Part shown: positions 26,275 through 41,199 of the stretch, one piece after another
How positions within the stretch are numbered: the first letter of the stretch is position 1
How the letters are laid out: each line of letters opens with the position of its first letter
Assembly: GCA_000165425.1 (NCBI GenBank)
Contig: CT868429.1
Span: 186,001 to 250,000, forward strand
DNA: 64,000 nucleotides
Direction of reading: 5' to 3'
Source of the DNA: Paramecium tetraurelia
Lineage: Eukaryota
Notes under the pieces: model-generated
What the model was told of the DNA's origin: nothing
Database searches by the model: none
Seen by the model: the letters and a program-made list of their open reading frames with translations, nothing else
Program-made: the position numbers and the translations under genes

Positions 26275-29023
26275 ATGTGGAATAATACTTAAATAGGACT
26301 TCTAATAATAGAAGTTTTTGCTCTTTCTCTTTATTTAATGGGGTATTTTGAAGTCCAACCAACATTTCAGGATGTCAATGAGAATGAATCATCAAATGGT
26401 TAGCCTATGAAAGTCATTTTACTTTTGGTTGATGCATTACGAGTTGATTTATTCGCTAATAGAAACTTTACATTCTATGAGGATATGAAAGAAAATTAAG
26501 AAGATTATTAAATTTTGTATTACGGAATCTCCTCTACTCCAACAGCAACATAATTAAATTTGAAATCTATAACAACGGGAAATTTTCCTGCTTTTGTAGA
26601 TTTTGGGTCAAATATGGCAGCCCAAGAGTTAAAAGAAGATAACATCATCTACTCAATGAAGAGGAATAATAAAAAGATAGCATTATTAGGAGATGACACT
26701 TGGTATCATATGTTTCCGAAATCATTCGATTACAAATTTGTTTCCGAATCATTTGATGTTCGAGATATAGATTCTGACGATAATATTATTATAAATAACA
26801 TTGAAGATTTGATAACTGAGAATTAATATGATTTTATCGTTGGACATCTTCTGGGAATTGATCACTCTGGACATAGTCAAAATGATAGTAATAAATTTTT
26901 ATGGAAGAAATAGAGATAATATTCGAAACTATTATATAAGATATATAAAAAGATGGATAATAATACAATGCTATTCGTAGTGGGGGATCATGGAATGTCA
27001 CCGGATGGCAATCACGGTGGAGACAGCTTCCATGAAGTCAGCTCTACCATCTATGGTATTAATAAAAAGTATAAATTTAATAAAGATAAATTTAATTCAG
27101 TTATTAGAAATAAAAGATATATCAATTAATAAGTACTCGACAGAAATTTGTATACTCGATAAGTATTTAGTATTAATTTGGCTCCGACTATTTCATATTT
27201 AATGGGAATATCCATGCCATTTAGTAATATGGGTGCTATTTTAACTGAAATGATTAACACAAATGAATAGTAAGAAAGTAGTTGCAAGGAAAACTTAATT
27301 TAAGTTATGACCTACTTAAATAAATTGGTTAAATCTTAGGGTACTCTTGATATACAATTATAAAAATATGAAGATCAGTTATCAAATCCCAAATTAACTT
27401 GCTAAAATATTTAAGAAATTATATTGGAATTATAGGTTGAAATCAAAGAAAAGGCCAAAACTCACGATTATTATTTTCTATATCTTGGTGCTTCCATGAT
27501 GATCATTTTATTTGGTTTTCATATTATCAAATTAATGGAATACCTTTTTGATAAAAAGTTCTCACATTAAAACGCTTATATTGTTTATAGGCTAGAGTTT
27601 TTAATCATAATTGTTCCTCTTGCTATTTTCATTTACTTACTATTTTCTCTTTATTTATCCATCAAATTTATTGCCTTTTACATAATTTTTGCAATTATGA
27701 AATAATTACTTTTACCACTTACACAGGTTGAAAATTTAAAACTAATTATTAATAAAGTTATGAATCCATTGCCACATTATAGGTAATACTTTATGATCTT
27801 TACGAACATTATTGTCTAAAAAGGAATCCAAGAATTATCACTCAGACGCCAATATGTTTACTCATCAAATATATTTGGAACTTTATTAAACATCTTCATT
27901 ATCATTTTGATAACTCATTTTAGATTGCTTAAACAAATTTTGTATGTTGCTGTTGGCTTATCCTTGTTAATTTTAGCAGAACAATACAACACTCCAAATT
28001 TAACTACATAAGCCTAATCAGCTCTAATTTTTAATGAGGTCAATTACATTTTTTAATCATTTTGGATAAAATTTATTTTGCCTGCAATTTTCTTGCAAAC
28101 AATACTTTATAAATTAAATTTTAAGTATCTGTTTATTTAAATTATAGAATATACTTTTACATCTTCTTAGGATTAGCATAGTTTGTTTATCTTTTTAATA
28201 ATTGCTAAGCATTTAATAAACCCTTAACTGACATATTTGAAGGTCATTTAAAAATATTAACAATCTACCTTCCTATGTTTTTATACATATGCTCAATAGT
28301 TATGATTGTTATTTTTAGAGATTTCAGTTATTGTAATTGTTCTGATTAATCATAGTTTTTTTAATTATATTAACTGTCTCGGGCAAATAGGGAATGATGG
28401 TCTATTGTTGCTTATTTAATTCTATTTATTATTTGACTAAATTTTATTTGAAAATTGACAGAGCTTGGCTTCCTCTAATAGCTGGTGCAACAATACAATT
28501 GATTTTGAATTACAGTTGGTTTTGTTTGGGTCATAGAATGTCATTTAGCAATGTTAAATTTTAAGATGCTCTTATTGGTTCTGAAAACTTTAATGTATTA
28601 TTTAATATGACCTTATTGATAATAAGCATTGTAAGATTAATGAAATAATTTTAGTTTGGCATATTTGCAACATTAGATATAATTAAGAAAATTACTTTGC
28701 AAGTATTGAAAAATGATCAAAATATAGATTACAAATTTGCTGTTTATTATTTTAATAATAAAATAATTGATTCGTTAATAGTAATGTAATTTTCTTAAAT
28801 TGCTTTTTCTGCTCTTCATAGTCTGAGAAACTTGTATCACCTACGCGTAGTAGAGTTATTTGCAGAAAAATTAGTTTATGAATCCATATTTTTTATAGTG
28901 ATGATATTAGTTAGATCACTTGGTATCCTACTAGAAAAATTTGATCCTTAATAAAAGAACGAGCTATATTTTCAATAGTATCAAACAATTACAAATGACT
29001 TGAAAGATCAAAATAATGAGTGA
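26275..29023 (+). CDS. PIGO: GPI ethanolamine phosphate transferase (PIG-O/Gpi13 or PIG-G type)
   Basis: LLVDALRVD, PTATQLNLKSITTGNFPAFVDFGSN, LGDDTW, HLLGIDHSGH, VVGDHGM..GNHGG, followed by many TM helices; several tiny introns. Confidence 0.88.
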
Positions 29024-29311
29024 TATTAAAAATATTAAATTAGTTGTATTAATAATTGAATTCTTAAGATTTCCTATATTAAAGATATATTAATAGGTGT
29101 CATTTGAATATTTTATTATATTTGCCTATATTAAGAAATCTTAATTAATTTTTAAGCCAATAGATATTTAAAACTGTAAAGCCCGTTGGATTAAAATGAT
29201 TGTAATTTCTTATAAATTTAAAATTATCAGAAAATTGTATTTATTTTAATTAATATATGAATTAGCAATAATAACATAACATTAAATGATAATACTATTA
29301 AACTAATTTGT

Positions 29312-30560
29312 TCATTTTTTAAATAGCAATAATGGGATAATTAGTTTCTTGAGTTATGAACCTTAAGCTAAATCCTTATATCTAAAATAGTTTACATTAT
29401 TTACTTTATGGAAACTATAAAATAGGCTGCTATCAAGAAAACTAAAATCAATTTCCATTTTCTATTTGATTTTCTCTTTAAAGGATGTACATTGACAACT
29501 GTAGGAACATTACCAAGAATTTTTGCATTATCCAAACGTCTTTATAACCAATCTAATGTAATGGACATTAATTCATCGCATTCTTCATCATGCTATAATT
29601 CATGATAACCATTTTCAAATAGCTTTAAAGCTTTTTCTTAACTTTTGCAGCTTTCAAAGAAATATACAGAATCGTGATAATTTGTTACAGCATCTTATTT
29701 TCCATGTAAAATTAATAATGGCTTATTAAATAGATGAGAATAACTCTTCATCATTTTTACTTAGGACAATATAGAAGCTGCCATATTTAACCCACAAAAT
29801 GGAATCATTAATCTATCTCCAAATGAATGCTTCAATTAATTGTTATTCTTTGTTAAAGCAGTTGGATTGACCATGCTGTTGACAACCATGTCTTCCAATT
29901 TTTTACCAGCAGTGGTAACAAAGTTGAGTTTCAACCAATCCAGTTTACGATCAGTTGGAAATCCTAACAATGGACTTGTTGCTATAACACCAGCGATCTA
30001 AATTGCAGGGTTCAACAATGTAAAAGCTAAGACCACCAATCCTCCCATAGAATGACCATATAAGAACAATGGTAATGAGGGGTTTACTTATTGAATTAAA
30101 ACCTTGACATCTAAAAGCAATTGTTATTATGTTGCACATCCTCTTGCACCACCTGAATAACCAAATCCTCTTAAATCTATCATATATACTTCGAATCCAG
30201 CCTTGGCATAAAAGTCAGCTAACTATTATTCTAAGGACATTATATACATGCAGAAATCTTCCTGAATGTTCACCAAATCCATGAATGATTGCTAATGATG
30301 CTTTTATTTGAACATTTTATGGAGTAACTTTAGTAAAGTATAATCTTAATTGTGTTCCTATTAAAATAATGCTGATTCATACCATCTCCCAATAGATACT
30401 GTCTTGTAAGTAAATGTGAGTTGAATTGAAATTCTCCTAAAAATTTATCAGGGTCATGATCGAACCCTGAGATAATTTTTTCATGTTAGACAGCCTATAT
30501 TTGCATATGTGTTGTGGGATGTAGAACTTCAGCTTAAGATCCTTCAAAATTTTGATTCAT
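29312..30560 (-). CDS. Alpha/beta hydrolase (monoacylglycerol lipase/lysophospholipase-like) with C-terminal TM segment
   Basis: IIHGFGEHSGR, DLRGFGYSGG, GHSMGG nucleophile motif, LHGKQD, YHEL; three tiny introns. Confidence 0.88.
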
Positions 30561-30612
30561 TATTAATTTAATGAGTCATCTCAATTGATCTGACGCATAA
30601 TAATTTTTATTC

Positions 30613-31940
30613 ATGTCAATTGTATTATAAACCACGAAGAGACATATCATTGATCTACACTCTAAAATTAGTTTAACAGCCAAAAACTGTGTAAATCTAA
30701 ATTTTATAATGGATCTCTTTAGTAAAATGTTTAAAAGACTACTTAGTATCAATAAACATTGTAAACAGAATATAGAATTTATTATATTTTGAAGATTAGA
30801 TCAATTCATTATAAGACTATCAAAAATAAGTATATTATAGCAGAATGAAATGGAGTCGTAGGCACGTACAAAGAAATCAGATATTTACATTTAATTTAAT
30901 TAAATGCTCTTTAATTATAATGGGAAACATGCGATATTTGAATAAATTTAGGAGTCTTTTCAAGTCCTATAATAAATGAATGGAACTTAAATAGATGTTG
31001 TTGGCAGACTTCTTTTTAGTATTAGGATTAAGAGCACTTATATCATTGTTGATCCTTTTGAGGTTGATTGTAAAATTGAATGAGATTGGAAGGTCTTAAT
31101 TAAAGAAGGCCAACAATAAAGATTTCAAAAGAATAAATACCATCAAGCAAAAAAAAGAGATGTAACCCTTGAAAATATTAGAAAATATAAATTAATGTGA
31201 CTTGTGAAGGATTATATTTAAAAAATTGAAAATGGCATTATAGATGATAGAAGAATCTAGATTGATTTTTCTCAAGCTGCTCATTAATAAAGGTCTTTAT
31301 TAAAATAAGTTTAAAGGAAATAGAATTGAATTCTTAAAGAACTAGCTTAAAGAAGAAATTAAAGATTTTTATATTAAGAATTACATGAACTCAAAAAATT
31401 ATTTTAGTGCTAAACCAAATAGTGATTTTGTTATTCAATAAAAAGAATAAAACAAATATAAGAATAAAAATATTGTAAATGTAATTGGATAATATGTTAT
31501 CATTGTAATTAAAATAGTAAAAAAAGAAGATAACAAAAAGTTTTGAAAAACATAGAAGATATATTGTATCAATAGAAATAAGATTATGAGATAAATATAT
31601 GCTTATTGATTCTAGAGTAAGCAAATAAATAAGAAAAATAAACAGAATGTTGGATGTGGAAAATGGAATAGAAAAGTAATTATAAGAAGAAGTACCAGGT
31701 GGTAAATTCAAAAATGAAGGGAACGAGAGAAACAAATTAATATATAAAAAAAAATAAATTTGAAATAATACATAGAAATTCAAAAATAAATAAAAAAAAG
31801 ATGATTAAAATAAGCAAAAGAAAAAGGAATAATAAACTAAATTAAGCCCTTCATTAAATGATACATTCTCTTTCTCTTTGTCGTCCTCATCTTCAAATTC
31901 TTCTTATAGTATTCATGCTTAATCATTCCCAGATAAGTGA
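30613..31940 (+). pseudogene. PPIL4: Decayed cyclophilin-RRM (PPIL4/CYP59-like) gene
   Basis: Collinear motifs in shifting frames: MSIVLQTT..IIDL, KLCKSKFYNGSL..NVQK, HAIFEQ, IRIKSTYIIVDPF, IIDDRRIQIDFSQ, then a K/E/R/S-rich tail. Frameshifts, internal TGA and large deletions. Confidence 0.75.
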
Positions 31941-32022
31941 GATTTTAAGATTTTATTAATTGGGCAAAACAAATATCATTTAACTTACAATAATCAAATA
32001 TTAATTTATTTAATACTTATTA

Positions 32023-32821
32023 ATGGGATGCACTCAAGCCAAGCCCCAAAAACATTCAGCTCAACCACAATAGTAGCCTCCAACCAACCAGTTAGAAGAG
32101 CCTTCATTGCCAGATCATCTCTAAAATCCAAAAGATAAGCTTTAGTTGGTTCTAAGCAAGAAAACTATAGACTATCTTGAGCATAAGAGGTACATTTAGA
32201 TATGAAATAGAACAAACTATGATAAATTGATTGATAATTTAGTGTAGTAAATGAAGATTTCATAAAAGGAATTTCCAGTTTACAATGACATTTTAGTTGA
32301 CCATTATAAAACAGATTTTGAGTAGAACAATCCTGGGAAAGAACTTATTCACTCATCTATTAATTTTATGACCCAAGAGTTCAAATAATTCAATTAATTG
32401 GAATCTCACTTGGAAGAATCAGATAAGCAACTTTAACAGAAAACTTTTAAATTTTTAATTGACTTATACTTCATTTTCTCAACAATGAAGTCTGAAGTAT
32501 AATTATTAAGTTATTGGTCTGGTGACTATATGAAAAAATATGAAGATCAGGATCATCATGTAACTATATAAAATGATAATACTAATACTTAAATTTCAAA
32601 TTTGAATTAAATTGAGTTATATTTGAAATAAAGTATTCAAAAGGCGATCTAAAATATATCATAACGACAAAGATAATAGTAAAATACAATATCATCTTAG
32701 GCAACTCATCAAGATAAACAGTTCTCATGATGAAGTAATGACTAAAACCACTTTAAATCACAACGAAACTATCGTTCATCATGCTAAATCATAAAACTAG
32801 AAGTACGCAACTCCAATATGA
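32023..32821 (+). CDS. Hypothetical protein with MGC N-terminus (possible dual acylation); 3' end uncertain (32730 or 32821)
   Basis: MGCTQAKPQK... start, 21-nt intron 32190-32210, open frame in ciliate code. Confidence 0.5.
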
Positions 32822-32999
32822 AATTTATGAATATTTAATATTTGATCCAATATATTATACCTTATATTATACCATTATTATAAACTCTAAAAATACTGAT
32901 TTTTACATAAAACAATAGATCATTATTTATATTTCATAGCTTCTTAAATTGTGATTTAAGTTTGATTTACTAATCTAAAGAAGCAATTAATACTAGATA

Positions 33000-35900
33000 C
33001 AAGAGTCAAATTTATTTTTCTCTGCAATTATATTGCTAATCAGATTTTAAATCTAATTTTATTTTATAAATTGAATATTCTTAATATTAATATATTTATA
33101 GCTTATAATTCTAACCAATAATTTTAAAGAATATAATCAAGCTGCCTACATATATTATGTTTAAATTTTGGGTCCAAATTTTTATGGCCTAAAAATATTA
33201 TAGCATAATTTTGAGATCTAATTTACATAAATCTCAGTAAAATTAAGTATTTTTAGAAGCATAGTATATTACTGAGATCAAGTTCGAAAACTTAATATCT
33301 ATTCCCCTAATGATATACAACAATAGTTATTCCAATTAATTTTAAAGAAAGAATTAAATTATCAGTAATATTGAAGGTAAATTCTATTTAATATATCAAG
33401 TGCCAAGTTATGCACAAAACTCTGATTCATTAATTGGGTTTTATAAAATAATAAATAAGATCAGTTAACTAAACTTGTTTTTAAAAGGATAGAGATATAA
33501 AGAGAAGGGCTTTAAGAAATAGAATTAGAAAGAGGAAATCAAATGAAAAACTTTAATTAAAAATTAGTAGTAGAATTTATGAAATTATAGAGAGTAAATA
33601 AGGCAAGTATATGAAGAAATATTAATGTGAAGAAAAATAATTGAAATATCAATAATATTATAAATATAATGAATTAATAACCCCTTTCTATGGATTCAAG
33701 CTAAATTAACCTATTAAAAAATTTAGATGACATTGATGATATCTTCAATGGATTGGCATAAGATGATGGAGCATAATTGGATCAAGATTTTGAGGACTTT
33801 TTAGAATGTTTTAGTGATGACGAGGATTCTGAAGAGGAATCTAACTATAGACCATTTCCAAGTTTTAGAAATCCAAGTCCATCATTTTAAATTTCAACGA
33901 TTGCTGAATCTGATTAGGTGTTAAAAAAATAAACAGAAGAAAGACTATTGGCTCCTTCTGGTGATCATTAATTCCCAATTTACGACGACTAATAACAAGA
34001 GGACTCGATTGATGAAGATGATGACCTTTCTGATTTTTTTGACAGCTTTGGTATTAAGAAATATTTGATTTAGATATAAATAACACAAATTAAAATAAGG
34101 AGGATGAAGTAAATTATATCGAAATAAAATATTTTGATGAGACATACAAAATACCAATATTTACGGCTAAATTATTTGAACCAGAGTAACCTCTCGAGGA
34201 TAGACTACTTTTTGAAAATACTGAATTAGTTTTATGTAAAACCGAAATGCATGATTTTCATAAGCATTTAGAAAGAATTCTATCTTAAGTATTGAAATAT
34301 CATATATTGATAGGACCAGAAAAACATTAATGATTTCACATTTTCTGTAATGATTTTAAAAATTCAATCTGCTTTACTGGTTGATCTTTTAAAATCCTTT
34401 CAAAAAGTATGAATAAAATATGATAAGTTAGATGAAAGATTTTTAGCAAGTATGGCTAGAGGTATCTCCATCATTTATATGCTAAGAAAAAGTAACATAA
34501 TTTGGAAGACAGTTAAAACTATTTTAAGAATCAGTCAATTATGTGATCGACAGTAATTCCAACAAGATTACAAGTCGAAGATTTTTTGATAAATAAAAAC
34601 CAGCATACTTTTAGGATAAAAAGAAGGATAGCAAAAAGAAGGAATTGACCGAAGAGGAAAAGTATAAAATCTATGTAAAATTAGAATTTTGGAACTTCAA
34701 TAAATACCGTATAATTAGAATTTCAATCCTTAATCTAGTTTGGTTAGCATACTTTTTTTTAAGGCGTAGGCTCTATTTGAATCGTGGTTACAATTCTTGC
34801 ATCACAAAAAGAATTCTGAAAAATATAAAGAAGTATCAATATTGATTATTGCTGCTTTAGATTACAAATAGATTTATTCGGTTATATGGACACTGGAAAA
34901 CTGTGAAATTATTAAAAGAGTTTGCGAACTTCGTTGCAAGAACAAAATAGACCTACATGAAACAATTAAAAGGAGATGATCAATAATAAGATCTAAAAGA
35001 AGAATTAAAATTCTACTAGAATTTCTTATCCATGAAGACTTTAGGAATAGTTAATAATTTAACTAAATCTTCGACCTTGAATTTGAGTGGTGGCAAATTT
35101 AAAGTCAAAGCTCTAAGCCAAATTAAGGTACCTTAAAAATAAAAGTACATTTCGTAACAATATCTAAATTATACTTAAGAACTATATTGAGTGCTGAATT
35201 TTGTAATAATTAAAATTATTTATATGATTAAGCATCATTTGAAATTGAAATTCCCAAAATAGGATGTGGTTTAAACTAAATCTTCAACAAAATCTACGTT
35301 CTACATTGCCAGAAGGATAGTATAAAGCAATAGTGATAGAGCAATCAATTTCTTAAAAACCAAAGGCATAGATAAAACCATCAATGACAAAAAGCCAAAT
35401 CCAGCCTCCTCAAGGGCTTATACTACATCTCATTACAGAAGCTACTCTACAACTCCAACGAATATTAAAGGATAGTAATCGCAAAATTTGGATGAATAAG
35501 CCTAACCCTATAATACAGAAAGACAGTAATCTATTAGCTTCTTATCATCTGAATTTAAAATTCACACATTACCTAAATCTAATAGAGTGGTGTCACTTTA
35601 TTAAATATCTCCTTAGGAAGTACCTAAAACTCAAGTTATCAATCCTGCTTTTGATTAAGAGAAACATTATTATTAATCTTAATTTCGTTCAGCAAAAGAA
35701 GTCTAAAACAATAAGGATGATCTAATAAAGATAACTAAATATCACAATGATCTAATTGACGAAAATCTAATTATTATGAAATCAGAATCAAAAAAAAGAT
35801 AACCGATATTTATAAATATCACGTATCAAGAATATGAAAAGAAATCAAAATAAGTATTTAAGCGACATCAATAAGGAACATAAAAATAGCAGATTTTTTT

Positions 35901-36000
35901 GTAGAAGGTGTTGAAGAATATTAAAGATTCTTAAAGCGAAAAATCAGAATCAAAAACTTTAGTTAGAAAATATTCGAAAATTTGGAAAGAAAATTTTTCA
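33000..36000 (+). pseudogene. Probable decayed large gene of unknown function; boundaries approximate
   Basis: Coding-like stretches (acidic FEDFLECFSDDEDSEEE etc.) interrupted by in-frame TGA (34587, 34977) and frame changes. Confidence 0.35.
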
Positions 36001-36115
36001 TAAACCTAGTTTTAGGAGCAACAAAAATATTCAAAGTCTTCGTAATAATTTAAGTTGTATTTTAATCAATTTGTTGAAAAATGTCTTAATAAGTTTCGTT
36101 TATATTAATAAATAA

Positions 36116-37484
36116 ATGAATTTCTAGATCTCATTGAAAAAAAACAAGAAGAAAATCAAATATAACTGGAGTCAGTTCATGATTTAAGAAGATTCTATAT
36201 TCAAAACCATAACATTAAAGTAACCCATACAAAAATAGAAGATTAAAAATTTAGATACATTAAAGAAATTACTTCGTTTGGAATGTAAATAAATATAATT
36301 AATATAGGTTAGGATAGATATATTGACTGAAGTAAAAGATGAGGAGTTTTAATCGTAATATTTTTTACAAGACTCACAACCAGAGATAATTGGGAAACAA
36401 ATAGAATATATTTAACTTGAAATGACAAAAAATAATAATTACTATTAGTTATATCCAATTATCAGTAAATTGGACAATCAAACAAAAAATGCATTGTTGT
36501 CTGTTGAATCTACGGATATGGATTAAATAATCTATTAAAACAATATAGATGAATTTGTTCCGAACATTAATAATAAAGATAATAAATTAAGAAAGTTTAA
36601 TGCATCACAGATATATAAAAAATATCTAGATATATTAATAGGTAATTATTAAAATAGTAATGGCATCATTGATCTTGAACACGATAATTATTTACAATAA
36701 CAACAACAATAAGTTCCCTTGAATCTAGATAAAAAGGCTATGATGATGAATCTTAGAAAATAAACAAGGGAAGCAAAAATTTAGGCCAGAAAATCAGTAA
36801 TAGGCTTTTAAAATGAAAGTTTAAAAGCTCCAAAAATCTAAATAATGTAGAAGCATCAAAATAGTTTGCTTATTCCAGAAAAATAGGATCGAAGAGTAAG
36901 CAGATCTTTACAAAATCTTTAAGAAATTGAATAAATTTAAGAAGATGAGATTAATCAATCCAATGAAAGTGACTAAGCAGATGTCATTTAAAGGTATTAT
37001 AAAGATAAAGTATTGTATTTATTTTACATTATTAGCCTGTGAAATACAAATAATAGATAAGATTGTAAAATTTATAGATTTTTGATTATGCAATTAAATA
37101 AGAACATTCAGGAATTGCTGTGGTCTAATTGATGATTGAACATAATTTACTAGATGAATTAATAGATTATTTAAGATAAAACCCAAACTTTTCTCTTAAT
37201 TCCAGAAATGCCTAGGGAAAGCCGTTAATTATGATTGCTGCACAGTCAGGAAATAAGGAACTAGTTTAGTATATGATCAATTAAAATGTTCTTTTAAATG
37301 TTAAAGATGTAAATTTTCAGTTTAAAGATAGTTAGAGGGGAACACAGCACTTCATTATGCAATTGCATATGGAAACTACGAAACTGCTGATCTATTATTA
37401 TTAAATGGAGCAAATCCATACTTTAAAAATAGAAATGGCTCAAATCCATGGAATTAAAATTAATAATTCCTACAAAATTAATGA
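36116..37484 (+). CDS. Protein with C-terminal ankyrin repeats; 5' structure uncertain
   Basis: GKPLIMIAAQSGNKELVQYMI...D|LEGNTALHYAIAYGNYETADLLLLNGANP; tiny introns; possible indel in an A-run near the start. Confidence 0.7.
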
Positions 37485-37509
37485 AATTTAAATTATTTAT
37501 TCACTTTTT

Positions 37510-38400
37510 TTAAATCCTACTTCTATCATAAAAATCTACAATGAGGACAAAAGTTGAGATAAGAAGTCCTGGATGTTTTCGAGGGTAAATAAGTAATAGG
37601 GTAAGATTTACATTAGGACTTACTTCTTTTTTTAACTGAATCGTTTAATAGCCAAAAAAAATTACAATTTTTATTAGCACAAGTTTTTATATTAGGTAGA
37701 CGACTTTTGAAATATTGAATTTAGTTTTCCATCAATTTATCCACATATACTTCTAAATCAAAATACTTTTGTCTTATTATTTATCCATTATTAATTTGAC
37801 TTTTACACATACAATAAAATTGAATGCATTTGGATTCTAATTATTATTTCAACATTTTCGCCAAGCAACTTGAATGATAACAGTGTGCAAATTTATCCTA
37901 ACATAATAATATCACTTTTTTTTCAAAAATGTATTTATCACAACCCAAACAGATATTTTATTAATCAGCAAGAAATAAATTCCTAAATTACTTTGATATT
38001 TATTTTTCTGTTCCTTATTGACATTAAGTTGGTTGGGAATAAATAGAGCTATTTATAATTTGATCTAATCTCTTCAATTTTTGATGACGAATTTACCTTA
38101 ATTGGAATTTTATATCAAACATCTTATATTTTTGCACTCTTTATGGTAAAACTTCGCGAATGCTAAATAAATCTTTAAGCTGGAGAATTTGCTGAAATTT
38201 CTCTTAACATTCATCACTCATACAATTCATTATTATAAATTATGTTAATAATTTGTAAATCTAAGAATAGATCAGATTTTTCTTGTAAATTTCATCTATG
38301 AGAAATGTCTTGTAAGAAATAGAATCGTAAAAATTGAACTTTCTTCATTTTTTAAGAATAAAAATGTCTATGGTTTTAATTTTCGAATACTGACAGTTTA
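37510..38400 (-). pseudogene. Probable frameshifted RING/IBR-like zinc-finger gene remnant
   Basis: CLGC..., HCYHSSCL, FYCMC and TCANKNCNFFW motifs lie in different frames with TGA interruptions. Confidence 0.4.
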
Positions 38401-39027
38401 ACAGGAAGAAGGAGGATATTAATTTTAATTAACTGAACCTTATTATAATTATAATTTATCATCTTCTTATTGACAATATAAAATTTTAGAATTTCTATTA
38501 ATTTATGGGACTATATTTATTGTTAAATTTGGGAAATTTTTAACTGTGAATTTTAACAAGAATGTATATATTTAACAATTTGAAGGATGAAAATAAGAGG
38601 TATTTATATTTACATTTTAATTTGATAAAATAAAGTCTAAATTTATGCTCATTTTAACTATGGTTAAAATATATTAAATTAATTGAAGTGATTAGTTTTA
38701 AATCTAAATAAGAGGATATTCGAATTAGATATAATATTTTATTTGAAGATAATAAATTTCTAATTTGCAATGATTAAATTGATATTAACAATCCAAGCAT
38801 ATATTAAATAAATTTATTAAATTCAAATTATTTAGATCAATAATGGGCTGAAATATGGATTCTTAATTTAGACGTAGTAAACCACAATTGCAAGACCCTA
38901 AGGATGTTATATGAAGGAATTGATATTAATATTTTATTTTGTCTATTATAATGTGGATCTCATAATTTCAAAATAATTATAGTTGAATAATTTGAATCAT
39001 TCTAATTTGTATAAATTATTTCTTGGA

Positions 39028-41139
39028 ATGAAAAAAACATTGATGAATGAAGAGCCTTTAAGAGAGAAATTATCCCAAACTATATTTAAGGGCAGCTTCG
39101 ATAACAATCAACCAATCATAATAAAAGGATTAGGTTAAGAGTATTCATCAAACATTCTTGGAAAAATTTAAAGATCTCATTCATTCTCCAAACCATTCCA
39201 ATAACCTCAAGACGATAACTAAAATTAAGCTAAGACTCAAACTATGAAAAATGACTTAATAATGAATTCATCAATACACATCAAGAAACCACCAAAAGCT
39301 ATAAGAAAAATTCAAAGATTTGTTGGAGAAGCCAAATGGCCATTTTTTAGAGTAAAGAAAGATGAAACAATCATACAATTTTGGGATAGACTCTCCTAAT
39401 AAGACCATAATAGAAACTGGAATAGTGAGGATTGTTTGTTTGAAGGGAATATGCTTAGAATTGGGAGAAAGAAAAAAACTGTAAAGGGATATTATTTCAG
39501 ATTGGCATAGTGTGGCATGCTGATGTATTTCAAAAAGGTATTTCCAAGATTCATTTTAATAGGAGTCAGATACAGAACCTAAGGGATTTGTACAATTGAG
39601 TATGGAAAATAGAGTGATAATCTCATACCAAAAGACTAAGAAGGGATTGAATGTTCCAGTTCTATATTTAGAGAGAGTCGAGGGGATAGGAATAACTATA
39701 TTTGATCATTAAATTGAATCGACGCTTAAATTATGTGAATCAATTTAAGAGTTCTGCTTGATGAGAGGATATGATTGTATATACAATTAGAAGGAGACTC
39801 TCGGAAGTGGAGCCTTTGCTACTGTGTACAAGGTCGAAAGAAAGAGAGACGAACAAGTATTTGCAGCTAAAGTCATTTACAGAAATATGTTTGAGGAAAA
39901 TAAGCATAAAGATAAATTCATAGTATAAAATAATTAAACATAATAGTGCAGTAAATGGTATATAACGAAGTTATAGCTTTGAAAACATTAAATCATCCAG
40001 GAATTGAGTAGATCTACGAAGTTTATTAAGAGAAAGATAAACTAGTAATCATCATTGAATATTGTCAAGGAGGCACTCTTTATCAATATTATAAATCCAA
40101 AGGAAAATTAACTGAAAAACAAATTGCTTTATTAATAAAAGGAATCTTGGATGCTCTTTTTGAGATGCATTCAAATGGATTTGTACATCGAGATTTGAAG
40201 TTAGAAAATATTATGATGGAATCTAGTGAGAATTTACAGATAAAGTTAGTTGATTTTGGGTTTGCAGAAGAAATCAATGAGAAAGAACTATTAAGCAAAG
40301 CAGGTACACCTGGATTTTTAGCACCTGAAATATTTAGAGGACATCCTTACACCCAAAAAGGAGATGTATTTAGTGCTGGTTGTGTTTTATACATAGTATT
40401 TATCAATTATTATAATAGTTGACAGCAGGGTATGCTCCTTTTAGAGGAAAACCAAGTTAGATCTAGTTATTGAATTCTAAATGCTAAGTGAATTATGAAA
40501 AGTCTCCTTGGCCTGATGTTAGCGTAGAGTTAAAGAGTCTTGTTAAGAAAATGTTAGAGCATAAACATGAAGATAGATTCACTACGTAAGAGGCTTTAGA
40601 ATCTTCATTTATTTCTCATTATACAAAAATCACATCGGAAACCAATTATAAATCCTATTAGATAGTCTCTGGACTAGATTTCCACAACAAATAATCTGTT
40701 AAGAGCATCAAAAATTCCGAATCAAATGGTTCTAAGTAAAGCAAGGAGTTCCAATTAGATTTCTCCATACACACTAATGATATTAAGTCCCTTTATTAAA
40801 GGAACTCCATTAAGACTCTCTAATCCTAGAGGTCAGGAAGGGGAACTGTAAAATAGAGTATGATCCTGAAATAATCCATATCTGTTCCCAAAGATGCCAT
40901 CATCGAGTAATACTAGGAAAAGAGGAAGTAAAGCAATCCAGACAGATATAGCTGTAAAGATTCCGATAATGATGTTGATTCTTTTAAAGAATTGCTGAAA
41001 TGTAATAGCAATTCCATTTAATATAGTGCAATCTATGAAGTTCAATACATTTGATGATGTTGATGCTCTAAATTTTTAATAAATCAATTTCTTAACAGAA
41101 TCAAGCTAGGCATTCAATAAGATTAAAAGACCGTGGTGA
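39028..41139 (+). CDS. CAMK-group Ser/Thr kinase with N-terminal PH-like domain
   Basis: LGSGAFATVY, FAAKV, HRDLKLEN, DFG, GTPGFLAPE, DVFSAG; upstream PH-like segment (GNMLRIGRKKK...GYYF...YFK); tiny introns. Confidence 0.9.
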
Positions 41140-41199
41140 TTTCTTTATTAACACTTAAAATATTCACAAATCTATTTTTAAAATTAATTAAATTTACGA

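Noticed and set aside
31391..31783. 130-aa hydrophobic minus-strand ORF as a membrane protein
   Set aside because: Antisense shadow of the A-rich K/E tail of the PPIL4 pseudogene.
34407..34427. In-frame TGA as evidence of readthrough or selenocysteine
   Set aside because: It lies within a plausible 21-nt GTA...AAG intron. Other TGAs nearby co-occur with frameshifts, and no SECIS was seen.
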